Source: a virus (lineage: Duplodnaviria; Caudoviricetes). From it: 55,172 nucleotides of DNA. The stretch spans positions 1 to 55,172 of IMG/VR virus record IMGVR_UViG_3300044982_000113; one strand, given 5' to 3'. Of this stretch, positions 8,742 to 18,264 are shown in pieces (within the stretch, counting starts at the first letter, position 1; the number at the start of each line of letters is the position of its first letter). A program made the translations under genes and the position numbers. The notes under the pieces are model-generated. The model searched no databases and was not told the DNA's origin. It saw only the letters and a program-made list of their open reading frames with translations.

Positions 8742-10144
8742 TGGCTCGAACCGCCTCGGGCATTCGCGTCCCCGAAGGTAAGATCTTCCGCAAGGATATC
8801 TACTTCGATGAAACTGACTACCGTCCACACAGGGGTCAGCGAATCGTTCACTATCAAGGCGCGCGCCACCGCGTGCTGGTGAACGGTCGTCGTTGGGGCA
8901 AGACTCTTTGCGGGGCCAAAGAGGCCGAGTGCATGGCGTTCGTCAAGAACTTCCTCGGCGAGTCTCAGATCGGGTGGATCATTGGCCCGGAGTACTCGGA
9001 CTGCGAGAAGGAGTTCCGGGTCATCTACGACTCGCTGAAGAAGTTGGGTGTGGAGGCGCTTTCGAGCAAATTCACCAACAACCCTGACAACGGCAACATG
9101 CATATCAAGACCAAGTGGGGCTTCGACCTCCAGTGCCGGTCTGCTCGGCATCCGGAGAGCCTTGTCGGAGAGGGCCTGGATTTTGTGCTGATCGTCGAGG
9201 GTGGTCGACAGAAGCGCAAGATGTGGGGCGATTACGTACGCCCGGCTCTCTCCGACAAGCGCGGTTGGAGTTTTACCTCGGGGGTTCCTGAGGGTGCTTC
9301 TGACACCTCGCTGCTGTACTCCCTCTACAACCGAGGACAGGATGCCACGAAGCGAACGTGGTGGTCTCAGCAGATGCCGAGTTGGACGAACGACATCGTC
9401 TTTCCCGGGGGTTATGATGACCCCGAGATACAAGAAGCCAGGGATGACCTGACCGATGACGAGTTCAAGCGCCAGTACGGTGCTGAGTTCGTTGAGAACA
9501 TCGGCCGAGTCATGAAGGAGTGGGACAACGACGATCACGTCGGCGACTTCACTTACAATCGCAAGTGGCCACTCTTCGCTGCGGTTGACTTCGGCTACAC
9601 GAACGACTGGGTTTGGCTTTGGATCCAAGTGGATGAGTTCGGCAAGGTATACGTTATCGGGGAGCACAGATTCCGACTTCGCGATACCCACGACATCGCC
9701 ACCGAGGTCTTCAAGAACCATCCACTCACCTCGAAGTTGTTGACGATCTATGTCGACCCCTCTTCGCCTGACGATGCTTCCATCCTTCGTCGGGTGTTGA
9801 ACAAGACCACGAACAACAACACCGGCGGGGAAATCAAGACCCGGCTCTCCTTGATCCGTAGTGCGCTGAAGCTTCGTCCGGTCCATCTACCTGATGGTCA
9901 CCCGGAGAAGGTTGCCGACTTGTTCGTTGACCGGAGCTGCACTGATCTGATCTGGGAGATGAAGGAGGGTTATCGCTGGCCCGAGACTCGCAGCGAGCAG
10001 AAGAGTGACTCCGAGATTCCTCTGGATACCAACAACCACGGTCCTGAGGCACTTGGGCGGTTCTTCAAGGGTTACATGGAGGGTCGACTGCTGACCCGAC
10101 AGTCCAGGCAATCATCCATCGGCAAGAATCGAGGGAGGCGGTAA
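8741..10144 (+). CDS. terL: Terminase large subunit
   Basis: Walker A GRRWGKT, 'GEGLDFVLIVE' Walker B region, nuclease 'VDFG'. Confidence 0.95.
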   Translation: MARTASGIRVPEGKIFRKDIYFDETDYRPHRGQRIVHYQGARHRVLVNGRRWGKTLCGAKEAECMAFVKNFLGESQIGWIIGPEYSDCEKEFRVIYDSLKKLGVEALSSKFTNNPDNGNMHIKTKWGFDLQCRSARHPESLVGEGLDFVLIVEGGRQKRKMWGDYVRPALSDKRGWSFTSGVPEGASDTSLLYSLYNRGQDATKRTWWSQQMPSWTNDIVFPGGYDDPEIQEARDDLTDDEFKRQYGAEFVENIGRVMKEWDNDDHVGDFTYNRKWPLFAAVDFGYTNDWVWLWIQVDEFGKVYVIGEHRFRLRDTHDIATEVFKNHPLTSKLLTIYVDPSSPDDASILRRVLNKTTNNNTGGEIKTRLSLIRSALKLRPVHLPDGHPEKVADLFVDRSCTDLIWEMKEGYRWPETRSEQKSDSEIPLDTNNHGPEALGRFFKGYMEGRLLTRQSRQSSIGKNRGRR

Positions 10145-11871
10145 TGGTAAGTCTCGGTTATGATGAACGCAGCCCGTATGCCAACGCACTCGCTCTCGGT
10201 GGTGTGGATGGTTATCGGTGGATGCCGCCCAAGGACCGGGATCGCTGCAACGCGTACACCAAGTACGATCAGATGTACTGGAATGACTCAACTCAGTACA
10301 TGGTGAGGTTCTTGGAAGATGAGTTCCCCATCTTCGTTCCGAACCCACGTACGGTCGTCGATACGACCGCCTACTACTACCTCAAGGGTCTGTCGATCGC
10401 TCCGAAGCTGGGTAAGCCCAGTCCCATGGCAACGGCGTTGACCCAGTTCCTCGATCGAGAGATGTTCTACTCTCGATTCCACACCGCCAAGCATACTGGG
10501 GTGGCCCGCGGCGACTATGTTCTGCACATGACTGCAGATCCGTCGAAGCCCGCCGGCAAGCGACTCTCGCTCACCCCAGTTCATCCCTGCAAGGTGATTC
10601 TGGACACCGATCCCGATGACTGCACTCGGGTTATGCGTGCTCACCTTGTCGAGCTGGTGGACAACCCGGTAACTAGGGGTGAGAAGGCCGTCAAGGAGTT
10701 GCTGTACTGGTACTCCACTGAGGACGGCGAAGATGGCGACGCCTCGGCTCCGATCGAGAGTTTTTCGCCTGGGTACGATGATGAGGGTGAAGGTAAGCGC
10801 CAAGTCCTCCGTACCGAACGGGTCTGGAGTCTGGAAGCTGATTGGTGGGATGAGGAGGAGCGAATTCTGATCTCGACTCCCATCGCCAAGGAAACGCTTC
10901 CCGACCCGATCGATACCATCCCGGTGTACTGGTTCAGTAACCTGCCTTGGGATGATGGCCCCTATGGATTCTCGGATCTGAGGGGGTTTGAGCGTATCTC
11001 GCAGGGCATCAGTCAGGTAACCTCTGACCAGGGCACTGCGTTGTCGCTCGAGGGTCTTGGAGTCTATGCCACCGATGGCGGTCCGCCGGTCGATGAGCAG
11101 GGCAACAAGACACACTGGAAGATCGGGCCCGGTGAGGTCATGGAACTCGGTACTGCCGGTTCCTACTTCAGACGGGTCGAGGGTGTGGGATCGGTCAAGC
11201 CCAACATGGACCACGTCAACTATCTCGAGTCGAAGATTCGGGAAGCCAGCGGGTTGTCCGACGTTGCGTTGGGCCGGGTTGATGTCCAGACCGCCTCTTC
11301 CGGGATCGCCATGGCGATCAAGTTCATGCCCACGCTTGCCAAGCTCGAAGAGCGGGACAAGTCGGGCATAGACCGTCTCAACCAGATCTTCTATGACTGG
11401 AAGAACTGGAACCAGGCATACGAAGGTCGCACGTTCACGGATGACATCGAAGTCAGCATCGGCGACAAGCTCCCGACCGACCGTACTGGTCGAATCAACG
11501 AGCTCAACAACATGTTCGACCGCGACATCATCCCGGCAACGTACTATCGCTCTGAGATGCAGAAGTTGGGCTACGAATTCCCGCCCGACATCCAGGCACA
11601 GTTGGATGCCGAGCAGGAGAAGAAGGCCACCTACGCTGCGGAGGGCGCACCGTTCGGGTTGCAGGACAACGCGATTGCGGCAGCAACAGGCGCTAAGCCG
11701 CCACCGCCTAACCCCAACCAGCCCGGTCAGGTAACCCAGCCGAAGAATGGCGGGGTGAACAACAGCAACAACAAGAACAAGCCCAATGAGTCGGGTGGCA
11801 CAGAAGCCAACCAGCCAGTGGGTAAGCAGGCACGCGGCGCGAGGCCGCCGGCCAAGGTATCAGCTAGCTAG
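10144..11871 (+). CDS. Portal protein
   Basis: Follows TerL; 575 aa; 'YGFSDL' and 'SGIAMAIKF.P' portal-like motifs. Confidence 0.9.
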   Translation: MVSLGYDERSPYANALALGGVDGYRWMPPKDRDRCNAYTKYDQMYWNDSTQYMVRFLEDEFPIFVPNPRTVVDTTAYYYLKGLSIAPKLGKPSPMATALTQFLDREMFYSRFHTAKHTGVARGDYVLHMTADPSKPAGKRLSLTPVHPCKVILDTDPDDCTRVMRAHLVELVDNPVTRGEKAVKELLYWYSTEDGEDGDASAPIESFSPGYDDEGEGKRQVLRTERVWSLEADWWDEEERILISTPIAKETLPDPIDTIPVYWFSNLPWDDGPYGFSDLRGFERISQGISQVTSDQGTALSLEGLGVYATDGGPPVDEQGNKTHWKIGPGEVMELGTAGSYFRRVEGVGSVKPNMDHVNYLESKIREASGLSDVALGRVDVQTASSGIAMAIKFMPTLAKLEERDKSGIDRLNQIFYDWKNWNQAYEGRTFTDDIEVSIGDKLPTDRTGRINELNNMFDRDIIPATYYRSEMQKLGYEFPPDIQAQLDAEQEKKATYAAEGAPFGLQDNAIAAATGAKPPPPNPNQPGQVTQPKNGGVNNSNNKNKPNESGGTEANQPVGKQARGARPPAKVSAS

Positions 11872-11895
11872 GGCGTGAGGCTCTAGAGAGGTTGA

Positions 11896-12636
11896 ATGAT
11901 GAAGATCGCGGCAAAGTGGTGGCTGGCCAACCTTCCGAGGATCATCGGGTTCGATGGCGAGGGTGAAGGCGGCACTGGCGAGGGTCAGGGCACCGGCGAA
12001 GGGGGCCAGGGCGAAGGCCAGGGCTCTACCGACGGAGAGCAGGGAGAGGGTCAGGGAGACGGGGAAGGCGAGGGTGAGGAATCTGGCAGCGATGGCGCTT
12101 CCAAGGGCCTGAAGACTGCCCTGGATCGCGAGCGCCGCGACCGCAAGATCCTCCAGGCCAAGGTCAAGGCATTCGAGAAGGCCGAGAAGGACCGGGCCGA
12201 TGCCGAAAAGTCCGACGTCGAACGTCTGACCGGGGACAAGACGACCCTGGAAGCCAAGGCCCAGAAGCTCATCACCGGCTACAAGACCCAGGCGATCCGG
12301 GGCGCGGTTCTCGAGGCCGCCACCAAGGCCGGGTTCGCCGACCCGACCGATGCCATGCGCGCCGAGGTGCTCGATGACCTCGGTGTGGAGCAGGACGAGG
12401 AAGACCCCAGCATCGTCGAGATCGACGAGAAGGAACTCGCCCGCCGAGTCAAGCAGTTGCTGAAGGATAAGCCCCACTACAAGGGCGCGGCCACCGGCGA
12501 CCAGAACCAGCAACAGCAGCAGGTCCGCAGTGGCTCCAAGTTCGGCGGGGGTAACGGCAACCAGACCGCTGAGCAGACAGCCGCCCGCCGGGCAGAGCTG
12601 AACCGACGGTACCCGGCTCTCAACGGCCGCGTATAA
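11896..12636 (+). CDS. Capsid scaffolding protein
   Basis: G/E-rich N-terminus, 'ALDRER' coiled coil, 'LLKDKPHY' motif. Confidence 0.85.
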   Translation: MMKIAAKWWLANLPRIIGFDGEGEGGTGEGQGTGEGGQGEGQGSTDGEQGEGQGDGEGEGEESGSDGASKGLKTALDRERRDRKILQAKVKAFEKAEKDRADAEKSDVERLTGDKTTLEAKAQKLITGYKTQAIRGAVLEAATKAGFADPTDAMRAEVLDDLGVEQDEEDPSIVEIDEKELARRVKQLLKDKPHYKGAATGDQNQQQQQVRSGSKFGGGNGNQTAEQTAARRAELNRRYPALNGRV

Positions 12637-12653
12637 CACCTCAGGAGAGCATC

Positions 12654-13103
12654 ATGGCAGCGAAGTACGACAAGTACGAGCCGATCGCGGGTGGCTTCAG
12701 GGCTCCCCTCGCGGCCGACCTCACGTTCGATGCGGCGGGGCACTTCGGGCCGACCGCAGTCTCGCTGAACGCGAGTGGCCAGGTCGTCGTGGGTACCGCC
12801 GGGCAGTCGGGGTACGTCGGGGTGCTGGTCAAGAACGTCCCGCTGTACCCGAACCTCGGTAACATCCCCGGTGCGGTCAACTCGGGTGTCCCGATCGGTG
12901 GTCTGGCGGGTGACACCGTCGACATCATGACTTCTGGTGAGATCACCGGAGTCGCCAGCCTGGTCGCCGGCACCAAGTACTACGCGGCTTCGAACGGTAC
13001 CCTGACGGCCACTGCGCCGGCGGCGGGAACCGATGCCAACGTCGTGGGATGGACGGTCGAGGCGGACCGCCTGGTCGTTCGGGCCCAGGTCACCCAGCTC
13101 TGA
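12654..13103 (+). CDS. Capsid decoration/cement protein
   Basis: Between scaffold and major capsid; beta-rich, G/A/V-rich. Confidence 0.7.
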   Translation: MAAKYDKYEPIAGGFRAPLAADLTFDAAGHFGPTAVSLNASGQVVVGTAGQSGYVGVLVKNVPLYPNLGNIPGAVNSGVPIGGLAGDTVDIMTSGEITGVASLVAGTKYYAASNGTLTATAPAAGTDANVVGWTVEADRLVVRAQVTQL

Positions 13104-13147
13104 TCTGATCCACACCCACACCTAACCTGAGAGACAGGAACAACCCG

Positions 13148-14344
13148 ATGAAGAAGAAGTTCACCGTAAGGGAGCTGAAGACTCTCGCCGAGTGGGCCAC
13201 GCTGCTCGGTTACGACGGTCCGAATGGCCCCGGCCAGACCGGCGGCGGGTACAACGAGCGCTCAGACATCCTGGTCCAGGCCGCCGACGGCTCCAACCTC
13301 AACGAGATCTGGGCTGAGATCCAGGAAACGCTGATGATCTGGAACCAGCAGCGCACCACCCTGATGAACCGGCTGATCTACCAGGTCACCGAGCCGCTCG
13401 AGCACGTCGGCATCCCCGGCACGGTCGACTTCGAGGTCGCTTCCGAGTACGGTCAGCCGCGCTCCGGCGGCGGGTACACGTACTACAACCGGGGCTACGA
13501 CTTCGCCTTCTACGACCTGGCGATGCGCTACACCTGGATGTTCCTGGCCGAGGCCGGCGGCGACCAGGTTCGCAACCTGAACAACATGGCTCTCGAGGCC
13601 GACAACCGTCTGATCTTCAACAAGATCATGAAGACGCTGTTCAACCCGCTCAACCTGGCAACCGGTGTCGCCGACTCCAACATCCCCACCACGGTGTTCA
13701 AGTTCTACAACGGCGACGGCGAGGTTCCGCCGCCCTACAAGAACAACACCTTCACCGGCTCGCACAACCACTACGGCACCACGGACTCCCTCGCCACCGC
13801 CTCCACCTTCACCTCGCCCACCATGGACGCGGTCGAGGCGGACATGAAGCTGCACGGCTACACCCCGGTCCTCTCGGGCACCCAGCTGGTGGTCATGATG
13901 AACCCCCAGGAGGCCATGCTGGCGCGCCAGTTCAAGGTCCTCACCGGCGCCAAGTACGACTTCATGCCCAACGCCAACTACGGCGGCGGGGTCTACATCC
14001 CCTTCAACTCGGGGGTCGTGGGCGCGCCGTCCGGTACGGTTCCGGAGGAGATCGGCACCTACGGACCGTGGCACATCATCGAGGAGCAGTACGTTCCCCC
14101 GGGCTACATGGCCTTCCTGGCTTCCGGCGGCGACTTCTCCCTCGAGAACCCGGTCGGCTTCCGGGAGCACAAGAACCCGGCGTACCAGGGGCTGAAGATG
14201 ATCCCCGGCGCTCGGTCGGACTACCCGCTCACCGACTCGTTCTACCGGCGCGGGTTCGGTACCGGCATCCGTCAGCGCGGCGCCGGCTTCGTCGTGCAGG
14301 TGACCAGTGGGTCCACGTACACCGTTCCCTCCATCTACGCCTGA
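13148..14344 (+). CDS. Major capsid protein
   Basis: 398 aa; very strong GC3 codon bias; synteny. Confidence 0.85.
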   Translation: MKKKFTVRELKTLAEWATLLGYDGPNGPGQTGGGYNERSDILVQAADGSNLNEIWAEIQETLMIWNQQRTTLMNRLIYQVTEPLEHVGIPGTVDFEVASEYGQPRSGGGYTYYNRGYDFAFYDLAMRYTWMFLAEAGGDQVRNLNNMALEADNRLIFNKIMKTLFNPLNLATGVADSNIPTTVFKFYNGDGEVPPPYKNNTFTGSHNHYGTTDSLATASTFTSPTMDAVEADMKLHGYTPVLSGTQLVVMMNPQEAMLARQFKVLTGAKYDFMPNANYGGGVYIPFNSGVVGAPSGTVPEEIGTYGPWHIIEEQYVPPGYMAFLASGGDFSLENPVGFREHKNPAYQGLKMIPGARSDYPLTDSFYRRGFGTGIRQRGAGFVVQVTSGSTYTVPSIYA

Positions 14345-14354
14345 CCAACCTGAT

Positions 14355-14394
14355 CGGCGGGTGTGGGATATTCTCTTAGGACCCACACCCGCCG
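14355..14394 (+). terminator. 13-bp inverted repeat after the capsid gene
   Basis: CGGCGGGTGTGGG...CCCACACCCGCCG. Confidence 0.65.
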
Positions 14395-14417
14395 TCGCGA
14401 GTGAGAAAGGAAGCACC

Positions 14418-14759
14418 ATGGCGAAGAAGCCTCAGAAGACTCCGATGGACGAGATCATCGACAACATCGTGGTCTTCAGGATCGAGGGTCGGGAGAACGA
14501 CGCCAACCGAGGTCACGTCAGCAACGACCCGTGGTGGAGGGACAACCGAGTCCGAACCGCGTGGCTGAACCGGTACGCGCCCGAGGACACCGACGGCGAC
14601 GGTGACGTGGACGACGATGACGAGGTCGACGAGCTGCCCTCGTACGAGACCCTCAGCAACGACGAGCTTCGTGCCGAGCTCTCTACCCGAGGCCTTTCGG
14701 TCGACGGCAAGAAGGCCGACATGATCCAGCGTCTCGAGGAAAACGACTCGAAGGGCTGA
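14418..14759 (+). CDS. SAP/HeH-motif protein
   Basis: C-terminal 'LSNDELRAELSTRGLSVDGKKADMIQRL' fits the SAP consensus. Confidence 0.8.
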   Translation: MAKKPQKTPMDEIIDNIVVFRIEGRENDANRGHVSNDPWWRDNRVRTAWLNRYAPEDTDGDGDVDDDDEVDELPSYETLSNDELRAELSTRGLSVDGKKADMIQRLEENDSKG

Positions 14760-14761
14760 CC

Positions 14762-15097
14762 GTGTCCTCACCGCCCGCGCCGCTGGACCTTCTTCGGCTG
14801 TATGTCGACGATGTCGTCCCGCTTGACAACTCCTCTGAGCCCCAGTTCACGGACGACGAGCTCAACTCGGCACTTGCGAATGCCAACAACAACCCGCAGG
14901 TCGCCGCAGTCGAGGTGTGGAAGTGGAAGGCGGCTCAGGCTGCGGCCATGGTCAACGTGACGGAAGGCAATGCCTCCCGGAACATGTCTGACCTCCAGGG
15001 ACAAGCCTTGGCAATGATCAAGGTGTTCGAGAACTCGCGAGTCGGGCCCACCGACGGACGAACCACGATCGGTAAGATCAGGCGAAGGAGGTTCTAG
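14762..15097 (+). CDS. Head-to-tail adaptor
   Basis: 'LRLYVDD...FTDDEL' motif; synteny. Confidence 0.75.
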   Translation: MSSPPAPLDLLRLYVDDVVPLDNSSEPQFTDDELNSALANANNNPQVAAVEVWKWKAAQAAAMVNVTEGNASRNMSDLQGQALAMIKVFENSRVGPTDGRTTIGKIRRRRF

Positions 15098-15507
15098 TGG
15101 ACATACCCATGGCGCCGGCACTTCGGAAGGTCATGGCTGCGTTCATAGCCGCTGATGCCCGATCCATAGTGCTCCAGCGCCCAACCTTCACCGAGACCTC
15201 GACGGGAGGGTATCAGAAGTCGGTCTACACCGCCATTAACCCGGCGCAGATCTTCCGTCTGGTACCCTACCGCCGGCGCCTGACTGACCTCGTAACCCCG
15301 ACGGCGGATGGCGAAGTTCCCACCATTCCCTACGTCTTGGTCGGGGCCTACAACGCCAACATCTTGCCGATGGATGAGCTCAACTACTCGGGGACTTTCT
15401 ACCGAGTCCAAGCCATCGAACCGGGCACCAATGACCCGACCACCACCGATCGGATCGTAGCTCAGGTCATCGCCCTGGATGAGAGTCGGGTGACCTGGAG
15501 TGGCTGA
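15097..15507 (+). CDS. Head-to-tail stopper
   Basis: Synteny; beta-rich. Confidence 0.6.
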   Translation: MDIPMAPALRKVMAAFIAADARSIVLQRPTFTETSTGGYQKSVYTAINPAQIFRLVPYRRRLTDLVTPTADGEVPTIPYVLVGAYNANILPMDELNYSGTFYRVQAIEPGTNDPTTTDRIVAQVIALDESRVTWSG

Positions 15508-15850
15508 TGAAGGCAGTGGCATCTTCCTCACCAATACTATGGAGGAGGGGATTGGTACTGCCCTCATAGAACTTCGGGATGACCTCGAAGAGGATGTTCT
15601 GAAGACTGCCATCGAGGCGTTGGACTGGGCCAAGGAGAATGCACCTTGGCAAGACATCACCGGCGATGCGCGGAATGGCCTGGACACTGAGGTCGAGTGG
15701 GATGGCGATGCCATCGTATGGACACTGTATCACACAGTAACCTACGGAATCTGGCTCGAGACCATTCAGAACGGGATGTGGGCCATCATCATGCCCACAC
15801 TGGAGCAATTTGGCCCCCAGATCGGGGATGGAGGTGGTAGTGGTGGGTAG
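15500..15850 (+). CDS. HK97 gp10-like neck protein
   Basis: 'AKENAPWQDITGDARNGL...YGIWLE' motif. Confidence 0.75.
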   Translation: MADEGSGIFLTNTMEEGIGTALIELRDDLEEDVLKTAIEALDWAKENAPWQDITGDARNGLDTEVEWDGDAIVWTLYHTVTYGIWLETIQNGMWAIIMPTLEQFGPQIGDGGGSGG

Positions 15851-16253
15851 TCAGTTGATTCGGGAGTGGGTATACTCCACACTGAAGACCGACCCTACGC
15901 TATCCGGCCTGGTCAGCGGTCGAGTCTTTCTCCAGGGCTCCGTACTCAGTGCACAGCAAGCTAAGCCATATCTCGTCTATCACTTCGGCAATCAGACTGA
16001 CGAAGGGATGTATGACGAGGACAACTTTCAACCAAGCAGACAGTTCCTGCAAGTCTTCATGCATGTTGACCAAGGGGACTACGGTCCCGTGGATGATATC
16101 GCCGATGCGGTGAAGGCAGCATTGCTTTCAGTTGCCGGTCGACCGCCCATGCTAGTCGGCATGCAGTATCTGGAGACAAGCCAGGACCTGCAAGACAATC
16201 TCCTGCAGACCTTTTTCAGGTATGCCAGGTTCCAAATCGCCCAAGCCAAGTAA
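15843..16253 (+). CDS. Tail terminator
   Basis: 'LKTDPTLSGLVSGRVF...PYLVY' motif. Confidence 0.7.
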   Translation: MGSQLIREWVYSTLKTDPTLSGLVSGRVFLQGSVLSAQQAKPYLVYHFGNQTDEGMYDEDNFQPSRQFLQVFMHVDQGDYGPVDDIADAVKAALLSVAGRPPMLVGMQYLETSQDLQDNLLQTFFRYARFQIAQAK

Positions 16254-16262
16254 GGACCACCC

Positions 16263-16541
16263 ATGGCGACCAAGATCAAGTACACCGGGCTCGCGAACAT
16301 CCGCCAGCTGCTCGTCTCCGACCTCGAGAAGTGGGGTGTGGAGATCAAGTCCAAGCTCCACTTCCCCCACAACGAGGCGGTCGAGGTCGAGGACGACGTT
16401 GCCGACGCGGTGCTCGAGAACCTGCCCGGCGAGTTCGAGAAGCACGTCGACGAGCCCAAGACCACGACCGACGCGCCGGCAACCGACTCGGCGGCCACCG
16501 CGGGCCCTTCCTCGGCTGCGACGAGCAGCCCGACCCAGTGA
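16263..16541 (+). CDS. Hypothetical virion-associated protein
   Basis: RBS AAGGA; strong codon bias. Confidence 0.7.
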   Translation: MATKIKYTGLANIRQLLVSDLEKWGVEIKSKLHFPHNEAVEVEDDVADAVLENLPGEFEKHVDEPKTTTDAPATDSAATAGPSSAATSSPTQ

Positions 16542-17095
16542 ACACAGACCACCAGCGCATCCTAGCGCTGGAGCTCGCGGTTTCCTTCCACAAGGAAGGC
16601 AAGGCGAACAGCATCCGCGAGCATGAGGATGTTCTGAAGACCGCCAAGGACTTCTTGAACTTCCTCAACCCCCCCGTAGTAGCCACCTCGGTGAGCATCT
16701 ACTTCGATGCCCCGACCACGGAAGAAGGAGCACCACCCATGACCGCTCTCACCGACGGCCAGCAGATCGTCGCCCACGTCTCCGAGCTGGACTCCAAGGG
16801 CAACGCGGCCGACGAGCCCGGCACCTGGACCGTGGACCGCACCGACCTCGTCTCCGTCACCCCGTCCGCCGACGGTCTGTCTTGCACCTTCGAGGCCCTC
16901 GGCGGTCTCGGCACCGCGGTGGTCTCGCTGACCGTGGGTTCGCTGCCGACCGCGACCGCCACTCTGGACATCGTCGCCGGCGACGCCGCGTCCGTCAACA
17001 TCTCCTTCGACGACCCGACCGATGAGTCCACCTCCTCCGCCCCGGCGCCGTCCACCGGCACCACCACGCCGACCGAGCCGCCGGCCGCGCAGTAA
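16538..17095 (+). CDS. Ig-like (Big) domain protein; strong internal in-frame start at 16739
   Basis: GTGA overlap; 'TWTVDRTDLVSVTPSADG' Ig-like pattern; AAGGAG before ATG 16739. Confidence 0.65.
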   Translation: MNTDHQRILALELAVSFHKEGKANSIREHEDVLKTAKDFLNFLNPPVVATSVSIYFDAPTTEEGAPPMTALTDGQQIVAHVSELDSKGNAADEPGTWTVDRTDLVSVTPSADGLSCTFEALGGLGTAVVSLTVGSLPTATATLDIVAGDAASVNISFDDPTDESTSSAPAPSTGTTTPTEPPAAQ

Positions 17096-17115
17096 GCAAG
17101 CTGCGCTTGCTTGAC

Positions 17116-17178
17116 TGAGGGGCCCTCATTTGCTTCTCCTACCTGGGTCGGAGAATCGTGAGGGATGAGGGCCCCTCA
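17116..17178 (+). terminator. 14-bp inverted repeat
   Basis: TGAGGGGCCCTCAT...ATGAGGGCCCCTCA. Confidence 0.55.
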
Positions 17179-17239
17179 CCCTAGTAAGAATCATCGAGCA
17201 GTAATGCCCGATTGATTACGGACTCGCTGGGAGCTTCAC

Positions 17240-17479
17240 ATGATCGAGCTTCGATGCGGCGGGACGATGCATGGCAAACTGGACCTGGAAGCTATGGTCC
17301 TGGAGGTCAAGTGCCGCCATCGTAGGTGTGGAGCTCGGCCCGGCGTCGTAGTCCTTCACACCTTCAATCTCTCCTCTGGGGATCTGATACGTACCGAAAG
17401 GTATGCTGACCCCTCTACACGAAAGGACTCCGATGACCAGCAGCCCGCTGCCGAACACTTTGCCCTTCGGGCTTCGTGA
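17240..17479 (+). CDS. Mu Com-like zinc-ribbon protein (putative)
   Basis: 'ELRC...LEVKCRHRRC' pattern. Confidence 0.55.
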   Translation: MIELRCGGTMHGKLDLEAMVLEVKCRHRRCGARPGVVVLHTFNLSSGDLIRTERYADPSTRKDSDDQQPAAEHFALRAS

Positions 17480-17978
17480 CGTCGTCATCTACCCGCTGGA
17501 CAGCTCCGGTGCACGAGGCACCGGCGTCGACCTGCCCGTCTCCAAGACCTTCAGCTTCAAGGAGACCTACCAGAACGCCGAGCTCATCGGTGACGACCGG
17601 TACGTCGCGTCTCACTCCTACAATCCCCTGGTGGAGTGGGAGCTGGAGGCGGGCGGCATCTCCCTCACTGCCTACGCGGTCCTGGTCGGCGGAACCCTGA
17701 CCCAGACCGGCACTGGCTCGGCTGAGGTCCAGACCTTCGAGAAGCTGGTGACGGATGACCGTCCCTACTTCGAGGTCGAAGGGCAGGCGATCTCCGACTC
17801 CGGTGGGGACGTTCACCTGGTGGTCTACCGGTGCAAGGTGACCGGCGACATCGACGGCAAGATGGACAACGGCACCTTCTGGATGTCCAAGACCAGCGGC
17901 AAGGGTTACGGACGTCTGGACAACAACAAGCTGTACGACATCATCCAGAACGTCACGATCACTGCCATCACCGACTAG
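17433..17978 (+). CDS. Major tail protein
   Basis: 'LPFGLRDV', 'ELIGDD', 'RPYFEVEGQA'; upstream of the tail chaperone and tape measure. Confidence 0.85.
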   Translation: MTSSPLPNTLPFGLRDVVIYPLDSSGARGTGVDLPVSKTFSFKETYQNAELIGDDRYVASHSYNPLVEWELEAGGISLTAYAVLVGGTLTQTGTGSAEVQTFEKLVTDDRPYFEVEGQAISDSGGDVHLVVYRCKVTGDIDGKMDNGTFWMSKTSGKGYGRLDNNKLYDIIQNVTITAITD

Positions 17979-18264
17979 TCCCACACCGCGAGGTGCGCCC
18001 GATAGTCCGTAGCCACGATACCTACGGAGAGTTAGTCATTGGGCGACGGACTATGACAATACTTTCTTGATCATTAGAGAAGGAAAGTGATGCCGAGGCA
18101 GCGCCACGCAGAAAGTTGTTGGTCATTGTCATCAAGCATAATCAGCTCACTGATTTTATGCATTGATTGACTAATGACGCAACATACTTCACTGCTGAGT
18201 GGCTTGCTTGCTGAGGCGACGAAAAGGGCAATAGCAACCAACCAACAACTTCCGGGAGACGGCT

